DNA from: Candidatus Falkowbacteria bacterium RIFOXYC2_FULL_36_12
GTDB taxonomy: Bacteria; Patescibacteriota; Patescibacteriia; UBA11705
Direction of reading: 5' to 3'
Assembly (NCBI GenBank): GCA_001778235.1
Contig: MFGJ01000001.1
Location: forward strand, 5,152-69,151
DNA length: 64,000 nucleotides
The notes beneath the pieces were generated by a model. The model saw only the letters and a program-made list of their open reading frames with translations, was not told the origin of the DNA and did no database searches. Numbering within the stretch: the stretch's first letter is position 1; the number at the start of each line of letters is the position of its first letter. The position numbers and the translations under genes are program-made. Shown one piece after another: positions 26,745 to 36,893 of this stretch.

Positions 26745-29126
26745 CTAGACTACAATACTTAACATTTTACCAGAAACAAATATAAATTTTTTCGGTTTGC
26801 TGATAAGATACTTCTGCAATTTTTCATCTGACATAACCAACTTTTTGATTTCTTCTTCAGTAATATCTGGCGAAACAATCAGTCTTTGGCGGACCTTGCC
26901 GTTGATCATGATTGGCATTTCGATTGTCGATATTTTTATTTTATTTTTATCAAACTTTGGCCACTTTTCTTGACAGACATATTGCTTATTGCCATATTTC
27001 TGATTCAATTCTTCAGCTAGGTGTGGAGCAAAAGGAGACAAAAGAATTAAAAATGTTTTAAAAGTATCTTGGCTACATCCTGTGATAATTATTTCATTAA
27101 CGAATTCCATCAAACTTGAAACCGCAGTATTGAAGTGCATTTGATCAATGTCTTTTGTGACTTTGTGAATTGTTTGCTGGAGTGAAGAAATAATTTTTTC
27201 AGAATCTTTAGCAACAAAATTCTCAAATTTCCAAACTTTATCCAAAAACCTTTTAACGCCCTTAATACCATTTGTATCCCAAATAACCGCTTGATCATAC
27301 GGACCAATGAACATCTCGTAGACACGAAGAACATCTGCGCCATATTCTGTAACTATAACATCTGGATTGATAACATTTCCACGAGATTTTGACATTTTTT
27401 CACCATCGGGAGCTAATATCATTCCATGAGAAACGCGAGATTGATATGGTTCAGAAGTTGGGACGACTCCTATGTCGTAAAGAAACTTATTCCAAAATCT
27501 TGAATAGAGTAAATGCAATGTTGTGTGCTCCATTCCCCCATTGTATAAATCAACTGGCATCCAATATTTTAATTTATCTTGGTCAGCAAACGATTGGTCA
27601 TTTTTCGGGTCAATATAGCGGAGGAAATACCAAGAACTACCAGCCCAATTCGGCATAGTATCAGTTTCCCGCTTAGCTGGACCAGAACATTTTGGACAAG
27701 TTGTATTCACCCAGTCGGAAATATCAGCTAGCGGTGATTCACCTGTGTCTGTTGGTTCATATTTTTCCACCATTGGTAGGGCAACAGGCAATTGATCTTC
27801 TGGAACAGGGATTTCACCACATTTTTCACAAAAAACAATCGGGATTGGTTCGCCCCAATAATGTTGACGAGAAAAAATCCAATCTCGAAGCTTATAATTC
27901 TTGGCTGACTTACCAATTCCATTGTCTTCCAGCCATTTGTTTATAGCTTCAATAGCCTTTTCAACTTCAAGTCCATTGAGAAAATCTGAATTTATTAATT
28001 TTCCGTCACCAATGTATGCTTTGGCTAATATTCCCTGCTCCGACTGTATTACTTCTTTTATATCCAATTTAAATTTCTTGGCGAATTCAAAATCCCTTTC
28101 ATCATGAGCTGGGACAGCCATAATTGCACCTGTGCCATAAGTTGACAGAACATAATCAGCGATCCAAATTGGAAGTAATTCTTTGTTCACAGGATTTACA
28201 GCATAAGAGCCAGTCCAGACACCGGTTTTTTCTTTGGCCAATTCTGTGCGCTCAAGATCACTCTTGGTGCGAGTCAGTTTTTGATAGGCTAAAACAGCTT
28301 TTCGTTGTTTGTCGGTTGTAAGTGCTTCAACCAGTTCATGTTCTGGAGACAAAACCATGTAGGTTGTCCCAAATATAGTATCTGGCCTAGTAGTATAAAC
28401 ACGGATTTTCTCATTGGAATTATCAACTAAAAAATCTATTTCCGCGCCATAACTGCGACCAATCCAATTGATTTGCGAAGTTTTTATTTTATCAAGATAA
28501 TCAACTGTCTCTAGATCTTCAATCAAACGATCAGCGTACTGTGTAATCTTCAAGAGCCATTGATTCAAATTTTTCCGTTCGGCAACATGACCGCACCGTT
28601 CGCATTTAGCATCAACGACTTCCTCATTGGCTAATCCAATCTTGCATGAAGGACACCAATTGATGGGCATGGCTTTTTTGTAAGCTAATCCTTTTTTATA
28701 TAATTGCAGGAATATCCACTGGGTCCATTTATAATATTCTGGCTCGGTGGTATTAATTTCCCTAGACCAATCAAAAGAAATTCCCAAGCTTTGAATTTGT
28801 TTTTTAAATATTGCAATGTTCTGCCTTGTAGCGTCAGCTGGATGAATACCAGTTTTTATAGCATAATTTTCAGTTGGTAAACCAAAAGCATCCCAGCCAA
28901 TCGGATATAAAACATTTTTACCAACTAGACGCTTGTGCCGAGCAATGACATCCAGGGCTGTGTGGCTCCGGACATGTCCAACATGAAGTCCATCACCAGA
29001 TGGATAAGGAAATTCAATCAAACAATAATATTTTTCTCTGGTTGAATTATCTTCAGACTGAAAAGTCTGCTCATCGCGCCAGATTTTCTGCCATTTTTTT
29101 TCTGTTTTTTTGAAGTTGTACTTCAT
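26745..29126 (-). CDS. leuS: Leucyl-tRNA synthetase.
   Basis: HVGHVRSH (HIGH motif), KMSKS, and editing and anticodon-binding domains. The track start at 29141 is a TTG; the ATG at 29124-29126 gives the canonical MKYNFKKTEKKWQKIW start. A terminator AGAGCACGGCCAAGTGCACTCT lies at about 26620-26650. Confidence 0.9.
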   Translation of the reverse strand: MKYNFKKTEKKWQKIWRDEQTFQSEDNSTREKYYCLIEFPYPSGDGLHVGHVRSHTALDVIARHKRLVGKNVLYPIGWDAFGLPTENYAIKTGIHPADATRQNIAIFKKQIQSLGISFDWSREINTTEPEYYKWTQWIFLQLYKKGLAYKKAMPINWCPSCKIGLANEEVVDAKCERCGHVAERKNLNQWLLKITQYADRLIEDLETVDYLDKIKTSQINWIGRSYGAEIDFLVDNSNEKIRVYTTRPDTIFGTTYMVLSPEHELVEALTTDKQRKAVLAYQKLTRTKSDLERTELAKEKTGVWTGSYAVNPVNKELLPIWIADYVLSTYGTGAIMAVPAHDERDFEFAKKFKLDIKEVIQSEQGILAKAYIGDGKLINSDFLNGLEVEKAIEAINKWLEDNGIGKSAKNYKLRDWIFSRQHYWGEPIPIVFCEKCGEIPVPEDQLPVALPMVEKYEPTDTGESPLADISDWVNTTCPKCSGPAKRETDTMPNWAGSSWYFLRYIDPKNDQSFADQDKLKYWMPVDLYNGGMEHTTLHLLYSRFWNKFLYDIGVVPTSEPYQSRVSHGMILAPDGEKMSKSRGNVINPDVIVTEYGADVLRVYEMFIGPYDQAVIWDTNGIKGVKRFLDKVWKFENFVAKDSEKIISSLQQTIHKVTKDIDQMHFNTAVSSLMEFVNEIIITGCSQDTFKTFLILLSPFAPHLAEELNQKYGNKQYVCQEKWPKFDKNKIKISTIEMPIMINGKVRQRLIVSPDITEEEIKKLVMSDEKLQKYLISKPKKFIFVSGKMLSIVV

Positions 29127-29291
29127 ATTACGAATATACAAATACTACGAACATTACAAATACTAAAAAATGCGTAGATTAGTAAAGATTGGTTATTAGT
29201 AATCTATTGCCATTTTATCCTAAATACTGTCTTTTTTCAAGTTTAACAAAAAACAGAGGTGTTACTCTGCTTATTTTGATAAATGATAAGT

Positions 29292-29612
29292 TTATTTACG
29301 AACAATTCTTATTTCAATTAAAATCAAATCACAACCTGTGCACCTACAAAGAAGGCAAAGAACTGAACCATTGATCGGAAGCTTAGATAAAGCACTATTT
29401 AGCCTGGTCAAAATAGACTGAACGAATCCGATAAATTGTAGGTCGCTATAATCAACCAGCGGTGACAATTCACGCAGAAAACTACGCAAAGGAAACTCTT
29501 CAGAAATTTGCTTTAATCCCTGATGACGGAAAAAACGATATAAGCTCAAAATGTATCCAGTCAAATTAGACACCAGACGCAGTCTGACTCTGTCTTCTGC
29601 TTGATTATCCAT
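29292..29612 (-). CDS. Hypothetical protein (106 aa) with higher GC than its neighbours.
   Basis: The ATG at 29610-29612 (MDNQAEDRVRLRL...) is preceded by an AAGGAG RBS. I recognise no family. GC is about 42%. Confidence 0.4.
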   Translation of the reverse strand: MDNQAEDRVRLRLVSNLTGYILSLYRFFRHQGLKQISEEFPLRSFLRELSPLVDYSDLQFIGFVQSILTRLNSALSKLPINGSVLCLLCRCTGCDLILIEIRIVRK

Positions 29613-29674
29613 CGGGGCTCCTTTCCAGGTAAGATAGAATCTTATCAAAAAAGTTTTTTTCCGTCAATGATTTA

Positions 29675-30283
29675 TTAGAGAAGTTTATTTTTTAATGGTT
29701 TAAAACTGGTACGGTGAATCGGACATAAACCTAATTGATTAATTTTTTCTAAATGCATAGCAGTACCATAACCTTTGTGAAGATCAAAGCCATAATTTGG
29801 ATAAACCTTGGCAAATGAATCCATAATTCTATCGTGGATGACTTTGGCAATTATTGAGGCGGCGGCAATGGAAAGAATATTGGCATCACCTTTTTTGAAT
29901 GATTCAAAAGGAGTTTCAAAATATACTCCAGGCATATGGTCAATCAGAATATAATCAGGTTGGACATGGAGAAAGGTCCAAGCTCGCTTCATGGCTATTT
30001 TGTTGGCAAAGCCAAGACCGTGTTTGTCAATTTCTGTATTATGAACAACCCCAACAGACCAAGAGATAACATTGTCACGAACTATGTCAAAAAAGTATTC
30101 CCGTTTAGCACTTGTAAGACTCTTTGATTCTTTTAATTCACTAAGGGGATTTAAATTTTGAGGATCTAAAATTACGGCTGCAGCAACTAAAGGCCCGGCA
30201 AGCGGTCCACGCCCAGCCTCATCTATACCACAAATGTTTTGAAACCCTTGGTCCAATAATTTTTGTTCGAGAGAATAATTCAT
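29675..30283 (-). CDS. rnhB: Ribonuclease HII.
   Basis: GIDEAGRGPLAGPLVAAAVIL catalytic motif. The start is set at MNYSLEQKLL rather than the upstream track start. Confidence 0.85.
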   Translation of the reverse strand: MNYSLEQKLLDQGFQNICGIDEAGRGPLAGPLVAAAVILDPQNLNPLSELKESKSLTSAKREYFFDIVRDNVISWSVGVVHNTEIDKHGLGFANKIAMKRAWTFLHVQPDYILIDHMPGVYFETPFESFKKGDANILSIAAASIIAKVIHDRIMDSFAKVYPNYGFDLHKGYGTAMHLEKINQLGLCPIHRTSFKPLKNKLL

Positions 30284-30378
30284 ACTATAATCAAGATTAA
30301 CAAAAATTTTGAATATTAACAATTTTATTAAATTTTATCAGACTAAAAAACTCCGCTGATGCGGAGTTTTTGAAGTGA

Positions 30379-30639
30379 TTAAGCTGAAAGATGAGCACTT
30401 AATAATTTTGTCATTTCAAACATTGATACTTCTTTTTTGCCACCAAAAACTTTTAATAGTTTTTCGTCAGCTAAAATGTTTCTTTTGTTCTGTGGATTTT
30501 GAAGATCATTCTTCTTGATATACTCCCAAATCTTTTTTACAACTTGAGATCTTGGCAATGGGCCTTTTCCAACTACTGCTTCTAAATCAGCTGAGAGCTT
30601 ATAAGGCTTCATCAAAGCTGGATTTACTTTTCTTGGCAT
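30379..30639 (-). CDS. SWIB/MDM2 domain protein.
   Basis: 86 aa. KKIWEYIKKNDLQNPQNKRNILADEKLLKVFGGKKEVSMFEMTKLLSAHL matches the SWIB domain consensus. Confidence 0.65.
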   Translation of the reverse strand: MPRKVNPALMKPYKLSADLEAVVGKGPLPRSQVVKKIWEYIKKNDLQNPQNKRNILADEKLLKVFGGKKEVSMFEMTKLLSAHLSA

Positions 30640-30723
30640 AATTATAAAATTAATTTATTAGTTGCTTTTTCTAAGACCTTTTGTTTGAGTATAGCAAACT
30701 TTCACTTAGGACGCAACTAGATT

Positions 30724-31953
30724 TTAGTGTAAATCTAGCTTATCTGCAATTCGACTAACTGCTAGAACAAAAGCAGCGGTGCGTAGATCAATATTATGCT
30801 CTTGAGCTTTGCTCCAGACGGCATCAAGAGAGCTGGTCATTATTTGCTCTAATTTAGCAAAAACATCAGCTTCTTCCCAATACTTATCATCCAGATTTTG
30901 TTGCCATTCAAAATAACTAACTGTCACGCCTCCTGCATTGGCCAAGACATCTGGCACAACCACTTTGCCGGCTTCAAATAACAACTTATCCGCAGCTGGA
31001 TTTGTAGGTCCATTGGCAAGTTCGAGTAAAACTTTTGCCTTTATATTGTGAGCATTTTTCTCTGTAATCTGATTTTCAAGAGCAGCCGGGATTAAAATAT
31101 CAACCTCAACTTCTAATAATTGTTCGTTGGTTATTTTCTGACCAGAAACATATTCAATAACTGAACCTTTTGCCTGTTTTGTTAATTTTACTTGTTCAAT
31201 ATCAAGACCGTCCATGTTTAAAATTCCACCTTGGGAATCTGAAACCGCGACAACTTTGTACCCGCCAGCTACAAGCAAATCCGCCATGACTGAACCAGCA
31301 TTACCAAAACCCTGGATAGCGATTTTAATTTCTGACTTTGATTTATTAAGAGTTTTCTGGATAACTTGTTCGAGCACATAAAATCCGCCCATGGCAGTTG
31401 CTCGATCTCTGCCTTTTGAACCACCTTTGTCTAATGGCTTGCCAGTAACAACCGCTAAATCTTCCTTGCCCGTAACCCGAGTATATTCATCGACTATCCA
31501 ACTCATTATTTCCGGTGTGGTATAAATATCTGGTGCAGGAACATCAACCTGCGAACCTATCACCGGTGCTATGGCTCGAGTAAAAGATCGTGTAAGTTTT
31601 TCCAGTTCTGCTTTTGATAATAGCTTAGGGTCAATGGTAATGCCACCCTTTCCACCACCCATAGGAATGTTAACTACCGCACACTTTATAGCCATCCAAA
31701 ATGCCAAAGCTTTGACTTCATCTAAATCAACCGAAGGATAAAATCGTAAACCACCCTTGTATGGACCACGGAGATTATTAAACTGAACACGATAACCATC
31801 AAAAACCTTGAAAGATCCATCATCCATTTTTACCGGTACTTTTACCTGAATCACTCGATCAGGTTTTTTTATAATTTCAAATTTATTAGCATCAAGATTT
31901 AAAATCTTCGCTGCATTTTCTAATTGTTGAATTGCATTTTCAAATGGAGACAT
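30724..31953 (-). CDS. gdhA: Glutamate dehydrogenase (Glu/Leu/Phe/Val dehydrogenase family).
   Basis: NIPMGGGKGGI catalytic Lys motif. NAD(P)-binding GFGNAGS. 409 aa. Confidence 0.85.
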   Translation of the reverse strand: MSPFENAIQQLENAAKILNLDANKFEIIKKPDRVIQVKVPVKMDDGSFKVFDGYRVQFNNLRGPYKGGLRFYPSVDLDEVKALAFWMAIKCAVVNIPMGGGKGGITIDPKLLSKAELEKLTRSFTRAIAPVIGSQVDVPAPDIYTTPEIMSWIVDEYTRVTGKEDLAVVTGKPLDKGGSKGRDRATAMGGFYVLEQVIQKTLNKSKSEIKIAIQGFGNAGSVMADLLVAGGYKVVAVSDSQGGILNMDGLDIEQVKLTKQAKGSVIEYVSGQKITNEQLLEVEVDILIPAALENQITEKNAHNIKAKVLLELANGPTNPAADKLLFEAGKVVVPDVLANAGGVTVSYFEWQQNLDDKYWEEADVFAKLEQIMTSSLDAVWSKAQEHNIDLRTAAFVLAVSRIADKLDLH

Positions 31954-31983
31954 ATTATTTTTATTATTCCTTTAATAATTGTT

Positions 31984-32943
31984 TTATCGAGTTAAATCAG
32001 GAGCCAATCCAATTGAGCCATTCTTGCCTCTCAACATCTGGATATATTTGGCAGTTGACATTGCGGCCTTGGCGCCATCACCGGCTGAAATTACGGCTTG
32101 TTTAAAAGGCGTATTAGTAATATCACCAGCGGCAAAAATTCCTGGGGCTGAAGTTTTATTTTCATTATCAACAATGACATAACCTCTCTCATCTAAATTT
32201 ACCAAATCTTTTATCATGTCGGTTTTTGTTATCCAACCAATTTCAATAAAAACTCCGTCAAGATTTAATTCTGTTTCTTGCTGTGTCTGATTGTTAAGCA
32301 AAATAACTTTTTCTAGTTTTTGTTCACCGATAAATTCCTTTATTTCTGTAAAATTCATTGATTCCACATTACCGGCAGCATTAACTTGGTCAATCAATAC
32401 TTGTTCAGCACGAAATTTATCACTGCGATTGAATAAATAAACTTTTTTGGCAATATTTGATAAATATTCAGCAGCATCAAAACTGGAATTACCCCCACCA
32501 ACAACACCAACGATCTTGCTTTTAAAAAATGGAGCATCACAAGTGGCGCAATAAGCCACACCTCGTCCTGTTAATTTTTTTTCACCAGGGACGCCAAGAG
32601 TTCTCTGCTCTAAACCATAAGCTAGGATAACTGCCTTGGATTCAAAGGCACCAATCGTGCTCTTTATTTCAAATTTTCCTTCCTCAATTTTTGTAACCTG
32701 ATTGACTTCGCCGAGTTTGATTTGCGCACCAGCAGTTTCAGCCTGCTGTTTGAATTTATTCATCAATTCTGGGCCCAAAATAGTGCCTGTACCAGGGTAA
32801 TTTTCAATTTCCGTAGTAATTGCTGCTTGGCCACCATATGTTTTGGTGATAACTAATGTTTTTAGTTCGCGTCTGGCAGTATACAAGGCAGCGGTTAACC
32901 CAGCGCAGGCGCCACCAATAATGACAACATCATATTGTTCCAT
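31984..32943 (-). CDS. trxB: Thioredoxin-disulfide reductase.
   Basis: FAD-binding YDVVIIGGACAGLTAALY. Redox-active CATCD. NADPH-site GGGNSSFDAAEY. The start is set at MEQYDVVIIGG. Confidence 0.85.
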   Translation of the reverse strand: MEQYDVVIIGGACAGLTAALYTARRELKTLVITKTYGGQAAITTEIENYPGTGTILGPELMNKFKQQAETAGAQIKLGEVNQVTKIEEGKFEIKSTIGAFESKAVILAYGLEQRTLGVPGEKKLTGRGVAYCATCDAPFFKSKIVGVVGGGNSSFDAAEYLSNIAKKVYLFNRSDKFRAEQVLIDQVNAAGNVESMNFTEIKEFIGEQKLEKVILLNNQTQQETELNLDGVFIEIGWITKTDMIKDLVNLDERGYVIVDNENKTSAPGIFAAGDITNTPFKQAVISAGDGAKAAMSTAKYIQMLRGKNGSIGLAPDLTR

Positions 32944-33027
32944 AGATTTTTTTAAATTTAGCTTTACCATAGAGTAATGCGAATTAATACTTTGATAAAT
33001 AAAAAGACGGTTCCCCGCCTGATTATT

Positions 33028-33351
33028 TTATAATGCTTCTAATTTTTGTTTTAGACTGGCTTTGTCTTGGATTCCGAGCAATCTTTCTTTTTCTTCACCA
33101 TTTTTGAAAATAATAATTGTCGGAATACTCATAACGCCATATTCCCCTGCCTTTGCTTGGCTTTCATCGACATTGAGTTTGGCAATTTTTATACCTGAAC
33201 CAGCTAACTCCTCGGACAATTCATCAATTATTGGACCCATTACCTGGCAAGGGCCACACCAAGTAGCAAAAAAATCCACTAAAACTGGTTTATCTTTGTA
33301 ATTTTTTACCTCTTGATCAAAATTTGCATCAGTTAAATTTAATTCTGACAT
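33028..33351 (-). CDS. trxA: Thioredoxin.
   Basis: WCGPCQ active site. 107 aa. Confidence 0.9.
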   Translation of the reverse strand: MSELNLTDANFDQEVKNYKDKPVLVDFFATWCGPCQVMGPIIDELSEELAGSGIKIAKLNVDESQAKAGEYGVMSIPTIIIFKNGEEKERLLGIQDKASLKQKLEAL

Positions 33352-33437
33352 AGTTTTAAGCGAGTAAAGCGAGAACAGCGAGTAAAGTTATGACTGTAGT
33401 GGCTTTATTTACTGAACTGACTGATCTTGCCTTTTAA

Positions 33438-33575
33438 TTATTTTTTATTTTCCAACCAAAAACGCACAACATGGCGAATAAATTCGCTCTTGCTGGTATA
33501 CTTATGTTTTTTCATTTGTTTTTCCACTTCCTGACATAACTCTTGCGGAAGTGAAATTGTAACTACACAACGCAT
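33438..33575 (-). CDS. Ribbon-helix-helix (CopG/Arc/MetJ-like) small DNA-binding protein, 45 aa; below the track's size cutoff.
   Basis: Reverse translation gives MRCVVTISLPQELCQEVEKQMKKHKYTSKSEFIRHVVRFWLENKK. The beta-strand then two helices pattern with SKSEFIR..V..W is typical of RHH proteins. A palindrome GTATTACAGTGTAATAC sits about 100 bp upstream at 33678-33694. Confidence 0.45.
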   Translation of the reverse strand: MRCVVTISLPQELCQEVEKQMKKHKYTSKSEFIRHVVRFWLENKK

Positions 33576-33783
33576 TTGATAAGCGAGAAAAGTTAATTAT
33601 TCACTGGCTGTACCCTGTACTTGCTTTAGATTAAGTTAAGTAAGTTGACTCGAATCATAAATACTTACCTACACGACTGTATTACAGTGTAATACAATTA
33701 TACTGAATTTTATTTTTTTGTCAAATTATTAAAACAGGCGGGCAAAGGTTCCCCTTTGCCCGCCTGATATGTTCCAACAAAAC

Positions 33784-35757
33784 TTAAATTCGCTTTTTTA
33801 TTTCCTTTTCAAAGTAGACATCAAGAATATCACCAACTTCAACTAAAGGCTGACCATCAAATTGCATACCAAATTCCTGTCCCTTAACTACATTACTAAC
33901 AACTTCTTTACCAATTTGCAATTCAACAATTTTACCCTTGGAAATAAACTCTTCATGGCGTAAAATTACGGCGACTGCTCCTTTTTCAATAGAACCAGAC
34001 TTGACCCGACAACCGACAATCATGGATTTTTCTTGTTTTTTAAATATTTTTATTACTTCAGCCTGACCTAAATCTTCACGGATAACTTCGGCCTTGATCA
34101 TTTCATTGGCTTTTTCTCTAACAGCATCGATTAATTCGTAAATTATTTTATATTTTTTTATTTCAACACCTTTTTCTTGGGCCAATGAAGCTGCAGATGA
34201 ACTCGGAACAACACTAAAACCAACTAACATCGCGCCAGTAGCATCAGCACTCATAACATCGCTTTCGGTTATATTACCAAGACCTCTCGCAATAAATTTA
34301 ATTTTTACATCTTCGGTGTTTAATTTTTCAAGTGATTCAATTACTGCTTCTTGGGAACCAAGAACATCTGAACGCAAAATAATATTTATTTTGGTAGCGC
34401 CTTCATCATGTTCATCATCCTTGTCAACTGTATTTTGCATAAAAGTATCTTCTTTGTTGCCTAATTTGTGAGCCTTGGTTTTCTTAACTTTGCCAGTGGT
34501 TATTTCAAGAATATCTCCCACGACCGGAGCAGATTTCATACCAACTAGTTGAGCTGGGACTGATGGGCCGGCTGAATCGATTTCCTGTCCAAGATAATTG
34601 TGCATAGCTCTAATCTTGCCATAAAAATCTCCGTTTATCATCATCTGATCACCGCGATGCAATGTACCATTTTTTACTAAAACTGTTGCAACCGGGCCAA
34701 AGCCTTTATCAACATGTGATTCAATGATTGTACCGACAACCTCGCCATCTGGATTAGCAACAATTTTGTCAACTGACATTTCAGCGACGAGTAAGACTTG
34801 TTCTAGTAATTCATTAATATTTTCATTTTGTTTGGCAGAAATCGGGACACAAATTGTCTTGCCCCCCCATTCTTCAGTTAGAAGATTGTGTTGAGCAAGA
34901 TCTTGCTTAACCTTTTCAATATTTGCATCGGGTAAATCTATTTTGTTTATGGCAACAACAATTGGAATACCAGCATTTTCAGCAATCTTCTGGGCTTCAA
35001 TGGTTTGAGGTTTGACACTGTCATTGGCAGCCACAACTAAAATCGCAATATCGGCAACATTGGCACCACGAGATCTCATGGCAGTGAAGGCTTCGTGTCC
35101 TGGAGTATCAATAAAAGTAATCAATTTACCTTTTCGCATAATTTGATAAGCACCAATATGTTGAGTAATTCCACCGGCTTCACCGGCGACAACATTGGTT
35201 TTACGAATGGCATCAAGAAGTTTTGTTTTCCCATGGTCGACATGACCCATAACAACGATAACTGGTGGGCGTGGCAGTTTGGCTGTATCATCGGCTAAAA
35301 TCTGTTTAACCTTTTGATCTTTTTCCAATGCAAGTTCTTCGTGAACTTTTTGTTCAACTGCTGTATAGCCAAGGTCTTCGGCAATAATGGCGGCTGTATC
35401 GTAGTCTATTCTTTGATTTAATGAAGCCATAACACCGTTTCTCATCAGCTCCTTGATAACATCGGTAGCAGGTAAATTTAAAATTGAAGCAAAAGTTTTT
35501 ACGGTTAAAACTGGAGGAATTTTTACCTCACCTTTTTCAATCAACTCACCTTTTTCATCTTTATGACGAATTTTAAGATATTCTTGCTCTTGGGCTTTGC
35601 GATATTGATAATCGCCCCAAGCTTTGATGATTCTATGACCTAAACGATCATCAATTTTTATGGCTTTTTTACCAATATCAAAACCTAATTCAGGAAGTTT
35701 TTCCCTTAATTCTTCAGTAGATATTCGTAATTTTCGAGATAATTCGGTAACATTCAT
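33784..35757 (-). CDS. infB: Translation initiation factor IF-2.
   Basis: G-domain VVIVVMGHVDHGKTKLLDAIR, DTPGHEAF, NKID. 657 aa. A terminator CAGGCGGGCAAAGG/CCTTTGCCCGCCTG lies at 33737-33769. Confidence 0.9.
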   Translation of the reverse strand: MNVTELSRKLRISTEELREKLPELGFDIGKKAIKIDDRLGHRIIKAWGDYQYRKAQEQEYLKIRHKDEKGELIEKGEVKIPPVLTVKTFASILNLPATDVIKELMRNGVMASLNQRIDYDTAAIIAEDLGYTAVEQKVHEELALEKDQKVKQILADDTAKLPRPPVIVVMGHVDHGKTKLLDAIRKTNVVAGEAGGITQHIGAYQIMRKGKLITFIDTPGHEAFTAMRSRGANVADIAILVVAANDSVKPQTIEAQKIAENAGIPIVVAINKIDLPDANIEKVKQDLAQHNLLTEEWGGKTICVPISAKQNENINELLEQVLLVAEMSVDKIVANPDGEVVGTIIESHVDKGFGPVATVLVKNGTLHRGDQMMINGDFYGKIRAMHNYLGQEIDSAGPSVPAQLVGMKSAPVVGDILEITTGKVKKTKAHKLGNKEDTFMQNTVDKDDEHDEGATKINIILRSDVLGSQEAVIESLEKLNTEDVKIKFIARGLGNITESDVMSADATGAMLVGFSVVPSSSAASLAQEKGVEIKKYKIIYELIDAVREKANEMIKAEVIREDLGQAEVIKIFKKQEKSMIVGCRVKSGSIEKGAVAVILRHEEFISKGKIVELQIGKEVVSNVVKGQEFGMQFDGQPLVEVGDILDVYFEKEIKKRI

Positions 35758-35977
35758 GTAATTATATTGGCAATTAAATAAGTTATTAATATTCTATCTT
35801 AATCTAGCAAAAATGTCAATCAAATCACTTATAACTAACTGCTTTTAAATTATTAATTTTCTTAAATTATAAATTATTGACAATTCAAACCAGTTATGAT
35901 AAATTGAAGTATTGATATTTAACAATTTGAGTGTTGCAAAAGTCAACGCTGACAACCAGCAGAGGCAGGAGAAAAAC

Positions 35978-36841
35978 ATGAATACTGGCTGGAAAATTGC
36001 TATTTCTGTATTTTTTGGAGCTTTGATTGGATCATTGGTTTCAATCAACTATTCTTGGTGGATTGGCATGATTGTTGGTGGTATTGTTGGTTATCTGTCA
36101 GTAGAACCAATGGCTATTCCGAAAGCAATTGCAAAGGTTTTCAAGAGTATGTATTCAGAGTCAAACAGAAATAAATTTAAGTTTACTGGGAAAATTTTTG
36201 TATGCCTGTATTTGTCCATGTGTTTTGTGATCGTCACCCCTGTTTTTCCAATCCATGCTTTTGGTATATGGCTAGGAAAAATCACCTTACTATCATTATA
36301 TTTTTATGAATTTACCTTTTTAATAGCTGCTTTATTTTCGAGTATTGTTATAAGCATAACATTCTATGGTGAAACTTATTGGAAGTATGAAAATTATATG
36401 CTTTCAAGTTATGAGATTTCCCAAATTCCTCCAGGAATTACTCTTGTTTACTCTATGCAGAGTCCAAAAAAATATTTCAAATCATTTTTGAGAAGTTATT
36501 TTAATATTGTGACTATAATAAGTAAAGGATTTGTGATATTTTTCATTATTATGCTTCCGATGTTCATTTTTTGGAAAATGCCTGTATATATTTTCTGGAA
36601 AATTCCTATCGGCATTGGTAAGTTTACCTGGGCTGTTGTCAAGATTATTCATTGTCACAACAGAGTAATCGCGGGAATTGATGCTGTTATCTTTGCTTGT
36701 TTGGGATATGGGTTGAGTTATCTGACGCCAATGGCGCCACTGATTGGAGCTGTGATTGGTTTTGCACTAAGTAAGCTTCACTGGGAATTGGTGAGTGTGA
36801 GATGGCTAAAAGTTTGTCCGCAGAAAATTAAAAATGATTAA
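35978..36841 (+). CDS. Hypothetical integral membrane protein.
   Basis: Multiple TM helices. The ATG at 35978 has a GGAGAAAAAC RBS. A TTGACA-N17-TAAATT promoter lies at 35876-35908. Confidence 0.45.
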   Translation: MNTGWKIAISVFFGALIGSLVSINYSWWIGMIVGGIVGYLSVEPMAIPKAIAKVFKSMYSESNRNKFKFTGKIFVCLYLSMCFVIVTPVFPIHAFGIWLGKITLLSLYFYEFTFLIAALFSSIVISITFYGETYWKYENYMLSSYEISQIPPGITLVYSMQSPKKYFKSFLRSYFNIVTIISKGFVIFFIIMLPMFIFWKMPVYIFWKIPIGIGKFTWAVVKIIHCHNRVIAGIDAVIFACLGYGLSYLTPMAPLIGAVIGFALSKLHWELVSVRWLKVCPQKIKND

Positions 36842-36893
36842 ATCGCTTTATATTATAAGGTGATTTTTTTAATTATTTAATTTTACCCTTATA

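Noticed and set aside
29127-29141. Upstream TTG start for leuS (MYIRNMKYN…).
   Set aside because: The track appears to translate TTG as a start. The ATG at 29124-29126 yields the canonical LeuS N-terminus.
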